A stretch of DNA of 64,000 bases, from the NCBI GenBank assembly GCA_025201805.1, contig MU619270.1:77037-141036 (forward strand). Reading direction: 5' to 3'. Position 1 is the stretch's first letter; the number at the start of each line of letters is the position of its first letter. Shown one piece after another: positions 23,875 through 35,209 of this stretch. Source of the stretch: Parasitella parasitica NRRL 2501 (lineage: Eukaryota; Fungi; Mucoromycota). Below the pieces are notes generated by a model that did not search any database, was not told the DNA's origin, and worked only from the letters and a program-made list of their open reading frames with translations. Both the position numbers and the translations under genes were made by a program.

Positions 23875-26800
23875 TTAAACAACTCTATTGATAGATCGAG
23901 AATCTTGCGTAGCCATGGTTCGGATAGTTGGGTACATGCGCAGACCTGCAATATCAGGATTGAATGCTACAGGGTTCAGCTTCTGCCGGATTTTGATACG
24001 AATACAAGCGTAGGCAATGATGATAATACCAAAGCCAAAACCAATCAACCAGAAGAGCGGCAGCAAGCGATAGTCGGTTCCAAATGGTATATTGAATGGA
24101 GGACAGTAAACGATTAAAGTAGCAAGAGCTACACCGCCAAAGATTCCAGCAAAGGCCTTCTTGTTGACAAGCACATATCTTCCGATTGGTATAGAAAAGC
24201 GAGTTTTGCAGGCAAACATGTTGAACATTTGCATCACCATGATACTCCAATATACAATAGATTGAGCTTGGCCAAGAGCACGCTTTTGGGCGGCGGCGTC
24301 TAGCAGTTTCCCAGTGGCACTAAGGTAAGCCTGAGCATAGTTTGGGCCATTAGAAAAATAATATGTAGGCGCACCTGCACCACGCTGCATAATAACAGCA
24401 TCATAAGGCGTGATACCGTTGTACCAAAGAACGACAAAGTAACTAGTCAGATTACCGATAGCTTCAATTATACCAATTTCAAGGTACGCCCAAGACAACA
24501 GTGGTAGATCGACGAGGACTTCATTATCGTTCTTTTCAAATTTTTCCTTCCAATAACCAACACTAAAAAGTTCATGTAGAGTATAGTAAATACGACGCAA
24601 GAAAGGGGGACGAGTTTCCTCTCCTTCAGAATCGTATTCAATATAGCGTTGACGACGGTGCAAGCTACGACGGTGGCGATCAATAGACTCGGGGCTCACT
24701 GGCTTGCGAGGCGGCATCTTCATCAAACCTCCGTCGGACTCTGGAGGGTCCCAAGCAAAGGTTAGAGCAGCAAAAAGTTCAAAGCCAAGGTCGATGACCA
24801 AAATAAGGATAGCAGACAATGGAAGAGGAAGAGGCACAATCACATAGAGTAGGTTGGGAACAACTTCAGGCATAGAATGACTGATTGTGTACATGATGGA
24901 TTTCTTTAAATTCACAAAGATCAAACGTCCTTCCTCAATACCGTGAATTATAGAAGCAAAGTTATCGTCTAGCAAAATCATAGCAGCAGCATCTTTTGAG
25001 ACATCAGAGCCAGAAATATTCATAGCAATACCTAGATCAGCCTTTTTCAACGCTGGAGCATCATTAACACCGTCACCAGTAACACCAACAATGTGCTGCA
25101 TCGATTGAGCACGCTTAACAATCTCGAGCTTATGTTTAGGAGATGTCCGGGCAAATATAATTTCATCTTTGGAAAAGATGAGATCCCAATCGTCGTCGGT
25201 AAGGGAGTCTATTGAATTCCCGTGAATGACAATACTGTTATATTCATTCTCGGGAATATCTTCTTCAGAACGATTCAACCTTTGAGCGGCCAATGCTTTG
25301 GTATCGCCCACCATCAAGTTGATTTTACGGCCAATAGCTTCTGCTGTCAATGGGTGGTCGCCGGTTACCATCATGACTTTGATGCCAGCGGCTCTGCATT
25401 TGCCAATGGCTTCACGGACGCCGTGCTTTGGAGGGTCTTCAAGTGACACAAGGCCAACAAAGGTCATGCCAGACATGGGGTAGTTTTGGGCATTCTTGTC
25501 AAACACAAAGCCAGAAGGATACTCACTCTCGGAAAGCAGATCTTGAGCAAAAGCCAATACACGGTGGCCTTGACTGGCCATGTAAGAGTATGTTTCTTGG
25601 TATGCAGCACGGTGTTTCTCAGAAAGGGGGACAGACGTGCCATCTTCCAGCAAGATACTGCTGCACAGATCAAGGACTCTTTCAGGAGCGCCTTTTACAT
25701 ACAGGGTCAGTGATCCGTTGGCGTGGCTTTTCTCATGGATAGTCATGGCCCATTTATTGTCAGAATTGAAAGGGATCTCAAACACCTTGGGAAATTCGTC
25801 AGGAATAGAATCGAATTGGGCGCCTAAATGCTCACCGGCAAAGCGAACAAGGCCAGTTTCTGTGGCATCACCAAGAATCTGACGTTGGGAAACAGGCACA
25901 TCGACACGATCAAATTTGGCCTTCGAGTTAAGGGTAGAGATGTTGATGATCTCACAAACACCGGGCTCTTCGACAATAGGTCGTTGTTGATTCTGTTTGT
26001 CCATTGCATTCTTCAGAGTGAGGCATGTCCAGATATAGGTTACAGTCATTTGGTTACGAGTAAGCGTGCCAGTTTTATCTGTTGCCAAAAGTGTAATGGC
26101 GCCCAATGTCTCGACACCTTGCAGATCTTTGACAAGGACGTTTCTAGCTGCCATGCGTTTTGCAGAGATAGTCAAAAGAATGGTGACTGTAGCAGGCAGC
26201 CCCTCAGGAACCCAGGCAACGAACACAGAGATGGCAAAGTTCAGTGTAAGTGAAACATTGTAGTTGTTTACAGGGAAGCCAATACCAAAGAAAATGGCTG
26301 CTGTGCATAAAGCAATTGAAGCAATGATCTTGACAAACTTGGATATCTGTATAGTATAAATGAAGATTAGTTTTATGGCTAAACCCCTGTTTTCTTGCTT
26401 GCGCTTGTCTATATACCTCTTGTGAAAGTGGTGATGTTGATTTCACTTCACCTGCAGTTAAACCAGCAATTTGGCCGAGCACAGTGCCATCGCCGGTGCG
26501 AACGACAATACCGTAACCTTCGCCTGAAACAGCCAACGTGCCATTAAAAAGAATATTCTCAGCCTCGAATACGTTCTTTTGAGTATTTCTTGCTCTTCGC
26601 TCTTGCGGATCAGACTCACCAGTTAGAGGCGAGTTATCCACTTTGAGATCAGATGCAGAGAACACAAAGAGATCAGCAGGTATCTTATTTCCCATCCGCA
26701 CCAGCACAACATCACCAACAACCAAGTTGACAGCATCAATTTGCTCTACTTTTGAATCACGAATCACCATACATTTAGCAGGAACCATATTCATAAAAGA

Positions 26801-27494
26801 ATTTAGCAAAGCTTGTGATTTCTGCTCTTGATAAAATTCGATAAAGGCGTTTAGCAAGGCGACGCCGATGAGAATGGCGCCCAAGTATGTCTATATACGC
26901 GTTACAAATTATTGTGAGCAAATATAAGAACCAACTCTTTATACTTGTATATACTTACATTGGGAAAGTTCCCTTTAAAGTCAATTGCCAGCAGAATGTA
27001 ATTAAGCACACCAGCCAATATCAAGAGAAGGTTAAACAGTTTGATAACGCAATCAAGGTATTTCAGTATTGGATGTCTTTTCTTGGGAGGTGTCAGTTGG
27101 TTAGGACCAGTTTCAGACAAAACACGAGCAGCCTGTTGAGCAGTAAGACCATGAGAATCAGAAGCCTTTTTTGTGTTGATATCTGTTTGGTACTTTGCAG
27201 CGCATTCTTCGAGTGTAAGTAGATGCTCAGTCTACATTGAATTGTAATTAACACTACATCGAGATGTAGATGGGTGAAGACATAACTTACAATATCAACG
27301 TTCTTCTTGCTTTCTTTAGCCTTTTTCTGAGGGCGTTTAGGAGCAGTAACGGAGGGTCTACGAGAAGCAGTGGTATCAATGGTCTGAATTGTCCTTGTTC
27401 TCTCCGGGCGGTGAGCTCTAGCAAATTTGATCTTGTTGGCATCTTCAACGGTTACAACCGCAACTTTGTCTTCATTTTGTGATTTCTCATCCAT
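23875..27494 (-). CDS. P-type ATPase, type IIC (Na+/K+- or H+/K+-ATPase alpha-like), 4 exons
   Basis: GPNQLTPP, LTGESDP, VAWVPEGL, DKTGTLT, FEIPFNSDNKW, KGAPE, MVTGDHP, TGDGVNDAPALKKADLG, IDLG and CKTR. Introns 27290-27232, 26958-26891 and 26416-26347. Confidence 0.95.
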
Positions 27495-28831
27495 TTATAA
27501 GCAGATTTATTATAGAAATAATGAAGAGAAGAAAGAAAAAGAAACATTTACTGTAAGCTTTTATAGGATGTACCAGTTTCGATCCACCTAGCATGCGCTT
27601 TTTTCGCCAAAGGATATATTGACAGTGGCGCGTTGTCCTATTGTCACTCGCAAAGCGTATCCACGTTGCTCTTGTACCTTCCCGTGTGTCAGAATAAGCT
27701 ATTAAAAGCCTTTTTGGGAGCAGAGAAAAAAGAGGTATTTATCATTCAGTGCGACATACTTACATTCATGCATAAACAAACACATCATCCTCAACACCAT
27801 TCGCTGTAGATCACCAGGATTTCTATTAAACCCCAAGTAAAAGAAAACTACGTACGCAGTTTAAGATCTGCAAGTATCTATACAAGAAACTGATAAAACG
27901 AGCGACACATGATTGCATACATTATTGTAACGAGATAGCAAATCAAGCCAATCGCCTTTAAGACTCATTAAGCTTTTGCGTTGCACAAAATCAAAAATGG
28001 CAAAAATGAGCTATTTACTCAAATTATTTCAGTTGTTCTAAATTGGTACAAATACTGTGTCCCTACAATGTTTGTCATATAGCAAGTTGGGGGGGGGGGA
28101 GTTATAGTAGTATTAGAACCGTTGAAACGCTCAAGTCATGACATTTACTTTGAAGTCTTAAATTACAATTTACGCTCTCAAGTTATCCTGTTGCCTCCAA
28201 AATAAAGATATACAGGAAAAAAGAGAAACTATACCACACTAAGGAAGCTAGCTAGTTATTGAGCGCTGTCTTCTTTGATAAGTCTCATTTCCGTCTTGGA
28301 GTTTATGGTGCAGCCAGCCATGAATGACATACCTTTACTCAAGTATGGGGGACAAGAAACCACCAGTTCAAAAAGTCAGGGCACTTGAACCACTCGAAAC
28401 CCGAACATGAATCTCATTAAAACATGATCAGAATTATACTAGACACAAATATCAAACATTGTCTACTTGGCAGTATTCATCTGTGGATGTCAGAGCCACG
28501 TTGTTGAGATATATGATGTACATGTGCAGATACAACTGGAATGTGATGTTGTATGCCTGATTCTATATTTAATTGTGGTACGCTTTGTATGCATAATACA
28601 ATATTGGCAACAGGATTTGCACTTTCAAGTATTCATGCACACAGGCCTGAAACGTGGGGTTGACCTAAGTGTGTCCATGTATGATCTCATCTATTCCTAA
28701 ATTTGATTAATGAGTAACCTTGGCAATTTAGGGTTTATTAGACGTTTGACAATGAATTTTTATAGCTTATGATCCACCATGTAGACCTATTTGAGTGCTA
28801 GCGCTATATATGAAAGATGAAACGTTCAATA

Positions 28832-30705
28832 CAGTGCGGCCGGGAAATATTGTCCGTTTTACAAAAATAAATGGCGATTACAAAAAAATATTTGTCGTTT
28901 ACCAGAAAATAAATGGCGCTAACTAGAAAATGATCGGCCGTTTCTCAATTTTTATTGGCCATTTCTCAGATTTACTATGGCCGTTTTACGAATTCACTTT
29001 GTCGGTTTACTAGACTGTTCTGTTCGCTATGTTGTAGAAGCATGGACGTAAGCCAACTAACTCTTAGAATTCTGTTTTATTCAGGCAATTGATGATTTGG
29101 CGCTTCGAGTGTCTACAAAATCCACGGAGATCACTTACGCGTACATCGTTGCACGCATCAGCAATTCTTTGTGATAAGTTCTCTTCGCTTAGCAGCCTAT
29201 GGCGCTTCATCTTTCCTTTTACAATGGCCCAAAACTGCTCAATTGGGTTCAGTTCTGGAGAATAAGGAGGTAGATACATCACTCGATATCCTCTGCTCTC
29301 AATCTTTCTCATCATTGGATGCGACTTATGAATAGTACAATTATCCATAACAAGGTAACTGCCCTTCAGATTTGCATCCATGTCCATAATATCGAGAAGC
29401 TCATTCATGAATTTCACAAAGTGAGCTGTGGTTGTACCTTTGGAAGGCGGCTTGGTTTCTTCTTTCTCAACTTCCACATACTCTATGGTGGGCTCCTCAA
29501 TGACAATCCCTCCTGTCTGCTCTTTGCCCCTCGCAAGCTTTCTTTTCTTTGACTTCTCTGCTTGAATTGTTTGAGGCTTCTGTCCTCTTGGCTTTCTTGG
29601 TGGAGGCTTTTTCATGACAACGTGAAGAACACTAGAAGAATGAATGGCGCCAATGATAGTATGTGAGGGGGAGCGAGTCTTTGCAATATCAACAATGGCA
29701 GGTGTTCCTACTGCTGATCTAGCCCAATTGCTCCTCATGTTGATATTGAATCCAGCCTCATCAATGAAGACGCAGTTTGTGCCGTAATCAAGATCAGAAT
29801 CCTTCCAATTCATGAACCATTCATATCGTTTTTGCAAGTTTTCGGGAGAGTTTCTCGCCTTGGGGTCGAAGGTTGGCTTCTTGATGGATATGAGCATATT
29901 GTTCCTCAGATGATCATTCATTTGAGACTTCGAGATTTTGAAGTCTTCAAACTTGGATGTCAACATATCAATGATATCGTCAGCACAAAGCTGCGAGTCT
30001 TTTTCAATAACATCCTGGATATACTTCTCATGTTCTCCAGTAAAGGAACTGGGTCTGCCTGCGTTTTTTTCAGATTTCTTGTAGGCTACCTCACCCGTCT
30101 CGTTATAGTGCTTCCACCAACGCATAGCGGTACGAGGGTTTATACCCAGCTCTTTCGCTGCTGCTGTTACCCTTCCTCTTTCCACAGGGCCTTCAAGCAT
30201 TCTTTCAATAAATGTTTCTCTTGTGAGATCATTGTGCTGCTTGTAAGCGCGGTCCGAGACATATTTAGCAACTTTGAAAGGCTTTACAGAAACATCTTTC
30301 ATAATGACTTCTTTGTCTTGTGGTTTAAGGGCCAAATATGCTTTCTGGCTGGTAATCGTTTCAAGCACTATGTTGGGATCATTTATATTCGTCAATACAT
30401 CTTCCATTGGATCAATAACCCGCTCTCCACGCTCATCATAGATGTTTTCTTGACCGTCTTCATAATAAAATGTATTTCTACTCATATTGTTTAGTTACAA
30501 AAGTGAAGAAAAGACAGTTACATCATGGCAACCGACAAAGTGAATTCGTAAAACGGCCATAGTAAATCTGAGAAATGGCCAATAAAAATTGAGAAACGGC
30601 CGATCATTTTCTAGTTAGCGCCATTTATTTTCTGGTAAACGACAAATATTTTTTTGTAATCGCCATTTATTTTTGTAAAACGGACAATATTTCCCGGCCG
30701 CACTG
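28832..30705 (-). mobile_element. Intact IS630/Tc1/mariner DD34E transposon, 1874 bp
   Basis: Perfect 176-bp TIRs (28832-29007 and 30530-30705) starting CAGTGCGGCCG, TA duplication at 28830-28831 and 30706-30707, and one uninterrupted transposase ORF. Confidence 0.98.
29064..30485 (-). CDS. DD34E transposase (473 aa)
   Basis: HTH region (AAAKELGINPRTAMRWWK, GRP), VFIDEAGF, VMDNCTIH and YLPPYSPELNPIEQFW. Confidence 0.97.
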   Translation of the reverse strand: MSRNTFYYEDGQENIYDERGERVIDPMEDVLTNINDPNIVLETITSQKAYLALKPQDKEVIMKDVSVKPFKVAKYVSDRAYKQHNDLTRETFIERMLEGPVERGRVTAAAKELGINPRTAMRWWKHYNETGEVAYKKSEKNAGRPSSFTGEHEKYIQDVIEKDSQLCADDIIDMLTSKFEDFKISKSQMNDHLRNNMLISIKKPTFDPKARNSPENLQKRYEWFMNWKDSDLDYGTNCVFIDEAGFNINMRSNWARSAVGTPAIVDIAKTRSPSHTIIGAIHSSSVLHVVMKKPPPRKPRGQKPQTIQAEKSKKRKLARGKEQTGGIVIEEPTIEYVEVEKEETKPPSKGTTTAHFVKFMNELLDIMDMDANLKGSYLVMDNCTIHKSHPMMRKIESRGYRVMYLPPYSPELNPIEQFWAIVKGKMKRHRLLSEENLSQRIADACNDVRVSDLRGFCRHSKRQIINCLNKTEF

Positions 30706-31655
30706 TAGCATGTATGGCAGAAATTTATGGGAGGTTTTTTCTTTTAATTTAGTGAAGCTAGAGAAACTTTTACCACCTCCATATGAAACGCATTGAAACG
30801 TAGCTCATTCATCATTGTAATTACTCTGCAAATAATGTATATAATATTTGTTTGCAATCAGTACCCAACTTTTACTTATCACAATAACTTATCACAATAT
30901 GATAGGCAAACATGATATAATTACAGTAATGCTCAGTTATATTAGCACTGTATATAACTACCATTTGTTGCAAAGCTAATGACACTCGAGCAGTTCATTT
31001 TACATAAACTGCATTTCTATCTACGAACAGCACAACTTTTATACTCAAATTAGCTGTATGGAATACGCTCTTTTATCTTTCGATAGTATATAGGATACTC
31101 AAAAATGAAACTTACATTTTTTGCGTTTATAGCATAGACCTCGTTGAGGCGTATCCAAAGTGAGTAGCTTCTTGAAAAATGCTCATTATTGAGATAGAAG
31201 CATCTCTGCCTGGGTTATTATGATTTCAGAACTTTAAAGAAATTATGTATCAAAAAAATATTATTGCAATGCTGATATCCATGCTATCACCTCAATGCAA
31301 TTTCCACCTAGTACAGATAAAGTAATTGATAAAGACATGAAATCAAGGTATACAGCAGTAAGTATTGCAACCGTGATAAAAGCACTGGATAACATAAACT
31401 CTACATTTTGCATTCCATCACTTTTTAAACTTTTAAACAGCAGTTTTTAATTTTCAAATCATTGTACACATCTTTGGAGTAAACGGAAAAAACTTTGTTC
31501 GCACAGAATATCGGAATATCACTTGCAAAATATTCGGGATGAGCGGTCTAGACATTAAGCGAAGCATTTTCATCAGCGGAAGTGAATGGCTGTCCCCTAT
31601 TAAATTTCAGTAACAAGTGTCTTTTTTCTCTTCTCCATACTTTTCTATACTCAAC

Positions 31656-32433
31656 ATGTCGAATTTAACTGATGATTGCCTTTTCTGTAAAATTATCAGG
31701 TAATCCCATCTGCAGCAAAAGAAAAAAAGAAGAGGTGGTTCTCATTATATACTTACTTTATAAAGGGGTGAAATTGGTTCCTTGAAGATTATCGAGACTG
31801 ATAAAAGGTAAATTTAGTATGTCTTGTCGAATTCGACACATCTAATACGCGATGTAGCTACTCTTTCCTCGATATTAACCCTTTGAGCGAAGGCCATGCT
31901 GTAAGTTGTTGGTTATTACGCACGATACGGCAAAAACATTAACATGTTTTTCATCTATAGCTTGTTATCCCCAAGTGTAAGCCTACTTTTCAGGCACAGT
32001 AGAGATGCGGCTGACACCCGTTTTATATTTAAATAGATCACGCCGAGTTTTTCCATCAAGTTCCTGACGACATTCTCGCTGATATGCTGCCCTTGGCCAA
32101 GAAGGTCGCACTCGCCATTGGCTTGAAGGAAGGTCAATACAATCTATTGCAGGCAAGTAAATGGTAGTGCAGTATACAGATGAATTTCGGTTCTAATTGG
32201 CTATTAAATGCATACAGAACAATGGCAAAATGGCTCACCAGGTAGCATGCACTCTTTGAGACATTTGTAACGCAACTAACATGTTTTCTCTTTTATAGCA
32301 AGTTCCTCATGTTCATTTTCACATTATTCCTAAGCCTGATGCTGAGCAAGGTCTCCAGATTGGATGGCCTCAACAAAAAGTTGAGCAAGATGATCTCAAA
32401 AAGACCCTGGATCGCATCAAGGAAAAGTTGTAA
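31656..32433 (+). CDS. HNT1: HIT-family nucleotide hydrolase (Hnt1/HINT), 7 exons
   Basis: Manual splice gives MSNLTDDCLFCKIIRGEI...FLDINPLSEGHALVIPKYHA...YNLLQNNGKMAHQQVPHVHFHIIPKP...IGWP...EKL*, with the HxHxH triad. Missed by the ORF track. Confidence 0.95.
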
Positions 32434-32780
32434 CATACGCACTCCAACGAATAAAACCATCTGCGTTATAGGTTTGCCATGTTTTGGATAGCCGCGCATT
32501 ATAGTAGGAATCTTTACGACTTGCCTTTTGCAGGCGGATGTACATAGAATCACCGTGTACAGGTTCATCCAAATACTGAACCACCGTGCCAAACTACCTC
32601 GAATGAGCCAGTTCTATTGGATCGAACCGTGGGTAAAGTGACCATCCTGAAAAAAAAAAAAAAAAAAAAAAATGAGATTCTACCGAAAATGCACTGCAAA
32701 AGGCATATAAAATGAGCTTTCTTTCCTTTTAACATCTCGTTGTTTTTCTTCTTACACTCAACACAAGCAATTTTCAACAA

Positions 32781-34812
32781 ATGTTGGCTTTGAAAAAGTT
32801 GTCGACTCTGCTAACGACTGTTGCTCAACCAGCTCTCCATCGCCAATTGAGGAGCTATCCGTTGATTCGAGGCCGCACTGTGATTGTACCACAGTATCAG
32901 ACGCTGAAGCGCTACACCACCACTACTTCCAACGCGGCTGAAGCAGAGGACAGCTCTGCCGCCGCCGCCGCCGCCGCCGCAGAAAACACAAACGACCATC
33001 ATGCTGTGGTCTCTACATTTGATCTGTTCTCGATTGGCGTAGGGCCATCCTCCTCTCACACTGTCGGCCCAATGCGTGCAGCCAAGATTTTCATTACGGA
33101 TTTGAAGGAACACAAGGTTCTGGACAAAGTAGCAACTCTTCGAGTAGGTAATGTATCAAAGTCTCTATTAATAGCTATCTTTCCGGACGATATATGATAA
33201 GGCAATTGATTATCGTCATGGATCCGAGGAAGCAGAAGCCTATCTTTTCCCTCTGCTATATGACTAAATGCGGAAAATTAACCTCCCTTTTTTTCCTTGT
33301 TTGAATTAGATTTATTTGGATCCCTTGCTTTGACAGGCGTAGGTCATGGTACTCCCGAAGCTGTGCTCATGGGCATTGAAGGTGAGAGTCCTGACAAGGT
33401 CGAAACATCCACTATCCTATCCCGCGTAAAAGACATCCAAACAAACAAGTCCATTCGCTTGGATGGATCCCATCGCATCACGTTTGACTACGAGAAAAAC
33501 ATGGTCTTCAACTATTTCAAGACTCTGCCACAGCACCCCAACGGCCTCCGTTTTTGTGCATATGACAAGGACTCCAACCTGGTGGCTACTAACGAATACT
33601 TTAGTATCGGCGGTGGTTTTGTTGTCAATGCTGAAACTCAGCTGGATCACGGTGAAAATGTCTACTACAAGCAGATCAACAAGAAGGATGCCGTCGTCGC
33701 TGAACGCCGTGAGCAAGACATCGCCGTTGTATCGTTGCCCTTCCGCAACTCAGAGGAGCTGTTGGCCGTCTGTAAGCGTGAAAACATGACAATCGCCCAA
33801 GTCGTTTTTGAAAACGAGTTGAAATGGAGTACTCCTCAGGAAATTAGAGAGAAACTTTTACGAATCTGGAACACCATGGACGATAGTATTCGCAATGGCG
33901 TTATGGCTTCTCCTGACGACTATTTGCCCGGCTCTCTCCGTGTAAAACGTCGTGCGCCTAGATTATACAACAAGCTTTTGAAAGGTTTGTATGGCGCCCC
34001 TTTGAATCAGACTGGTGGCTACAGTCAGTCTTATATACCTGCAAATGGATCCCAAGAAGAACCTGCAATGGCCCCTCTGTCTGACAATGGCCGTTCGCAG
34101 CATCCTCTTGCGCTTACATTTTTACCAAAAAAACCCAAAAAGAAGTTTGTCTTGCCTGCTCTCGACTATCTCTCTGTCTACGCCATTGCTGTCAATGAAG
34201 AAAACGCTTGTGGTGGTCGTGTAGTAACAGCTCCTACTAATGGTGCTGCCGGTACTATTCCTTCTGTCCTGAAATACTATCTTGAGTTCATCTCGGAGAA
34301 CCCTGAAAGAGATGTCATGGAATTCTTGCTGACAACCTCTGCTATCGGCATGTTGTTCAAACGTGGTGCCAGTATATCAGGTAAATATGCAGTATACTTT
34401 CTTGCAACTGACAATCGCAACTTTGACTCTAATACATGTCTTTACAGCTGCTGAGGTCGGTTGTCAAGGTGAGGTTGGCGTGGCTTGTTCAATGGCTGCG
34501 GCTGGCTTTACTGCTGTTATGGGCGGTTCCGTAGACCAGGTTGAGAATGCTGCTGAAATCGGGATGGAGCATAACTTGGGTTTGACCTGTGACCCAATTG
34601 GCGGTCTTGTTCAGGTACCATGTATTGAACGTAATGCACTTGCTGCTGTCAAGGCTATTGCTGCTGCTCAATTGGCTTTAAATGGTGAAGGCGATCATCG
34701 TGTTTCGCTTGATCAAGTCATTGAAACTATGCGCCAAACCGGTGTTGATATGATGTCCAAATACAAGGAGACCAGCCAAGGCGGTTTAGCTGTTAATGTT
34801 CCTTTGTGTTAA
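32781..34812 (+). CDS. sdaA: Iron-sulfur-dependent L-serine dehydratase (single-chain SdaA type) with mitochondrial presequence-like N-terminus, 3 exons
   Basis: [87 protein letters not shown] and [11 protein letters not shown]. Introns 33148-33309 and 34381-34447. Confidence 0.96.
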
Positions 34813-34979
34813 TATAGAAGCGGCTTTCATCATATACAAACATACACTTTATAACTCAATTCATGCAATTCCTCTCTTTCAGACATACATATTTTACTTG
34901 TTTTATTTATTTATTTATCTACATAAACATGTTTTTACGACATTTTGTTTAAGTTTTTCCTTTTATGTTGACATATAAT

Positions 34980-35011
<32 letters not shown>

Positions 35012-35209
35012 CGTATATTTGTGCGATCAGATTCACTTTGGCATCTCCGAACCAAGAGACAAAGATCGCACATTAACTTATGACAACAGAACATTCGACT
35101 TGAGTCGCAAACAAAAGAACAGTAGCCAAGAGCCGCAAGGAATCTCGTATATTGTGATCGTCATTCTATTGATTAAAAAGCGATCAACGCTTTTATTTCT
35201 AGAATTGAT

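Noticed and set aside
28370-28420. Minus-strand GGTTCAAGTGCC followed by a T-run as a tRNA
   Set aside because: No cloverleaf and no A box.
28851-29050. Regularly spaced cores with variable spacers as a CRISPR-like array
   Set aside because: The cores are only 6 bp and degenerate, lie within Tc1 TIRs, and there are no cas genes; eukaryotic context.
29832-30494. 220-aa antisense ORF over the transposase
   Set aside because: Shadow frame of a real CDS with no motifs. The same applies to the many antisense ORFs within TRA1, the ATPase and glycogen synthase.
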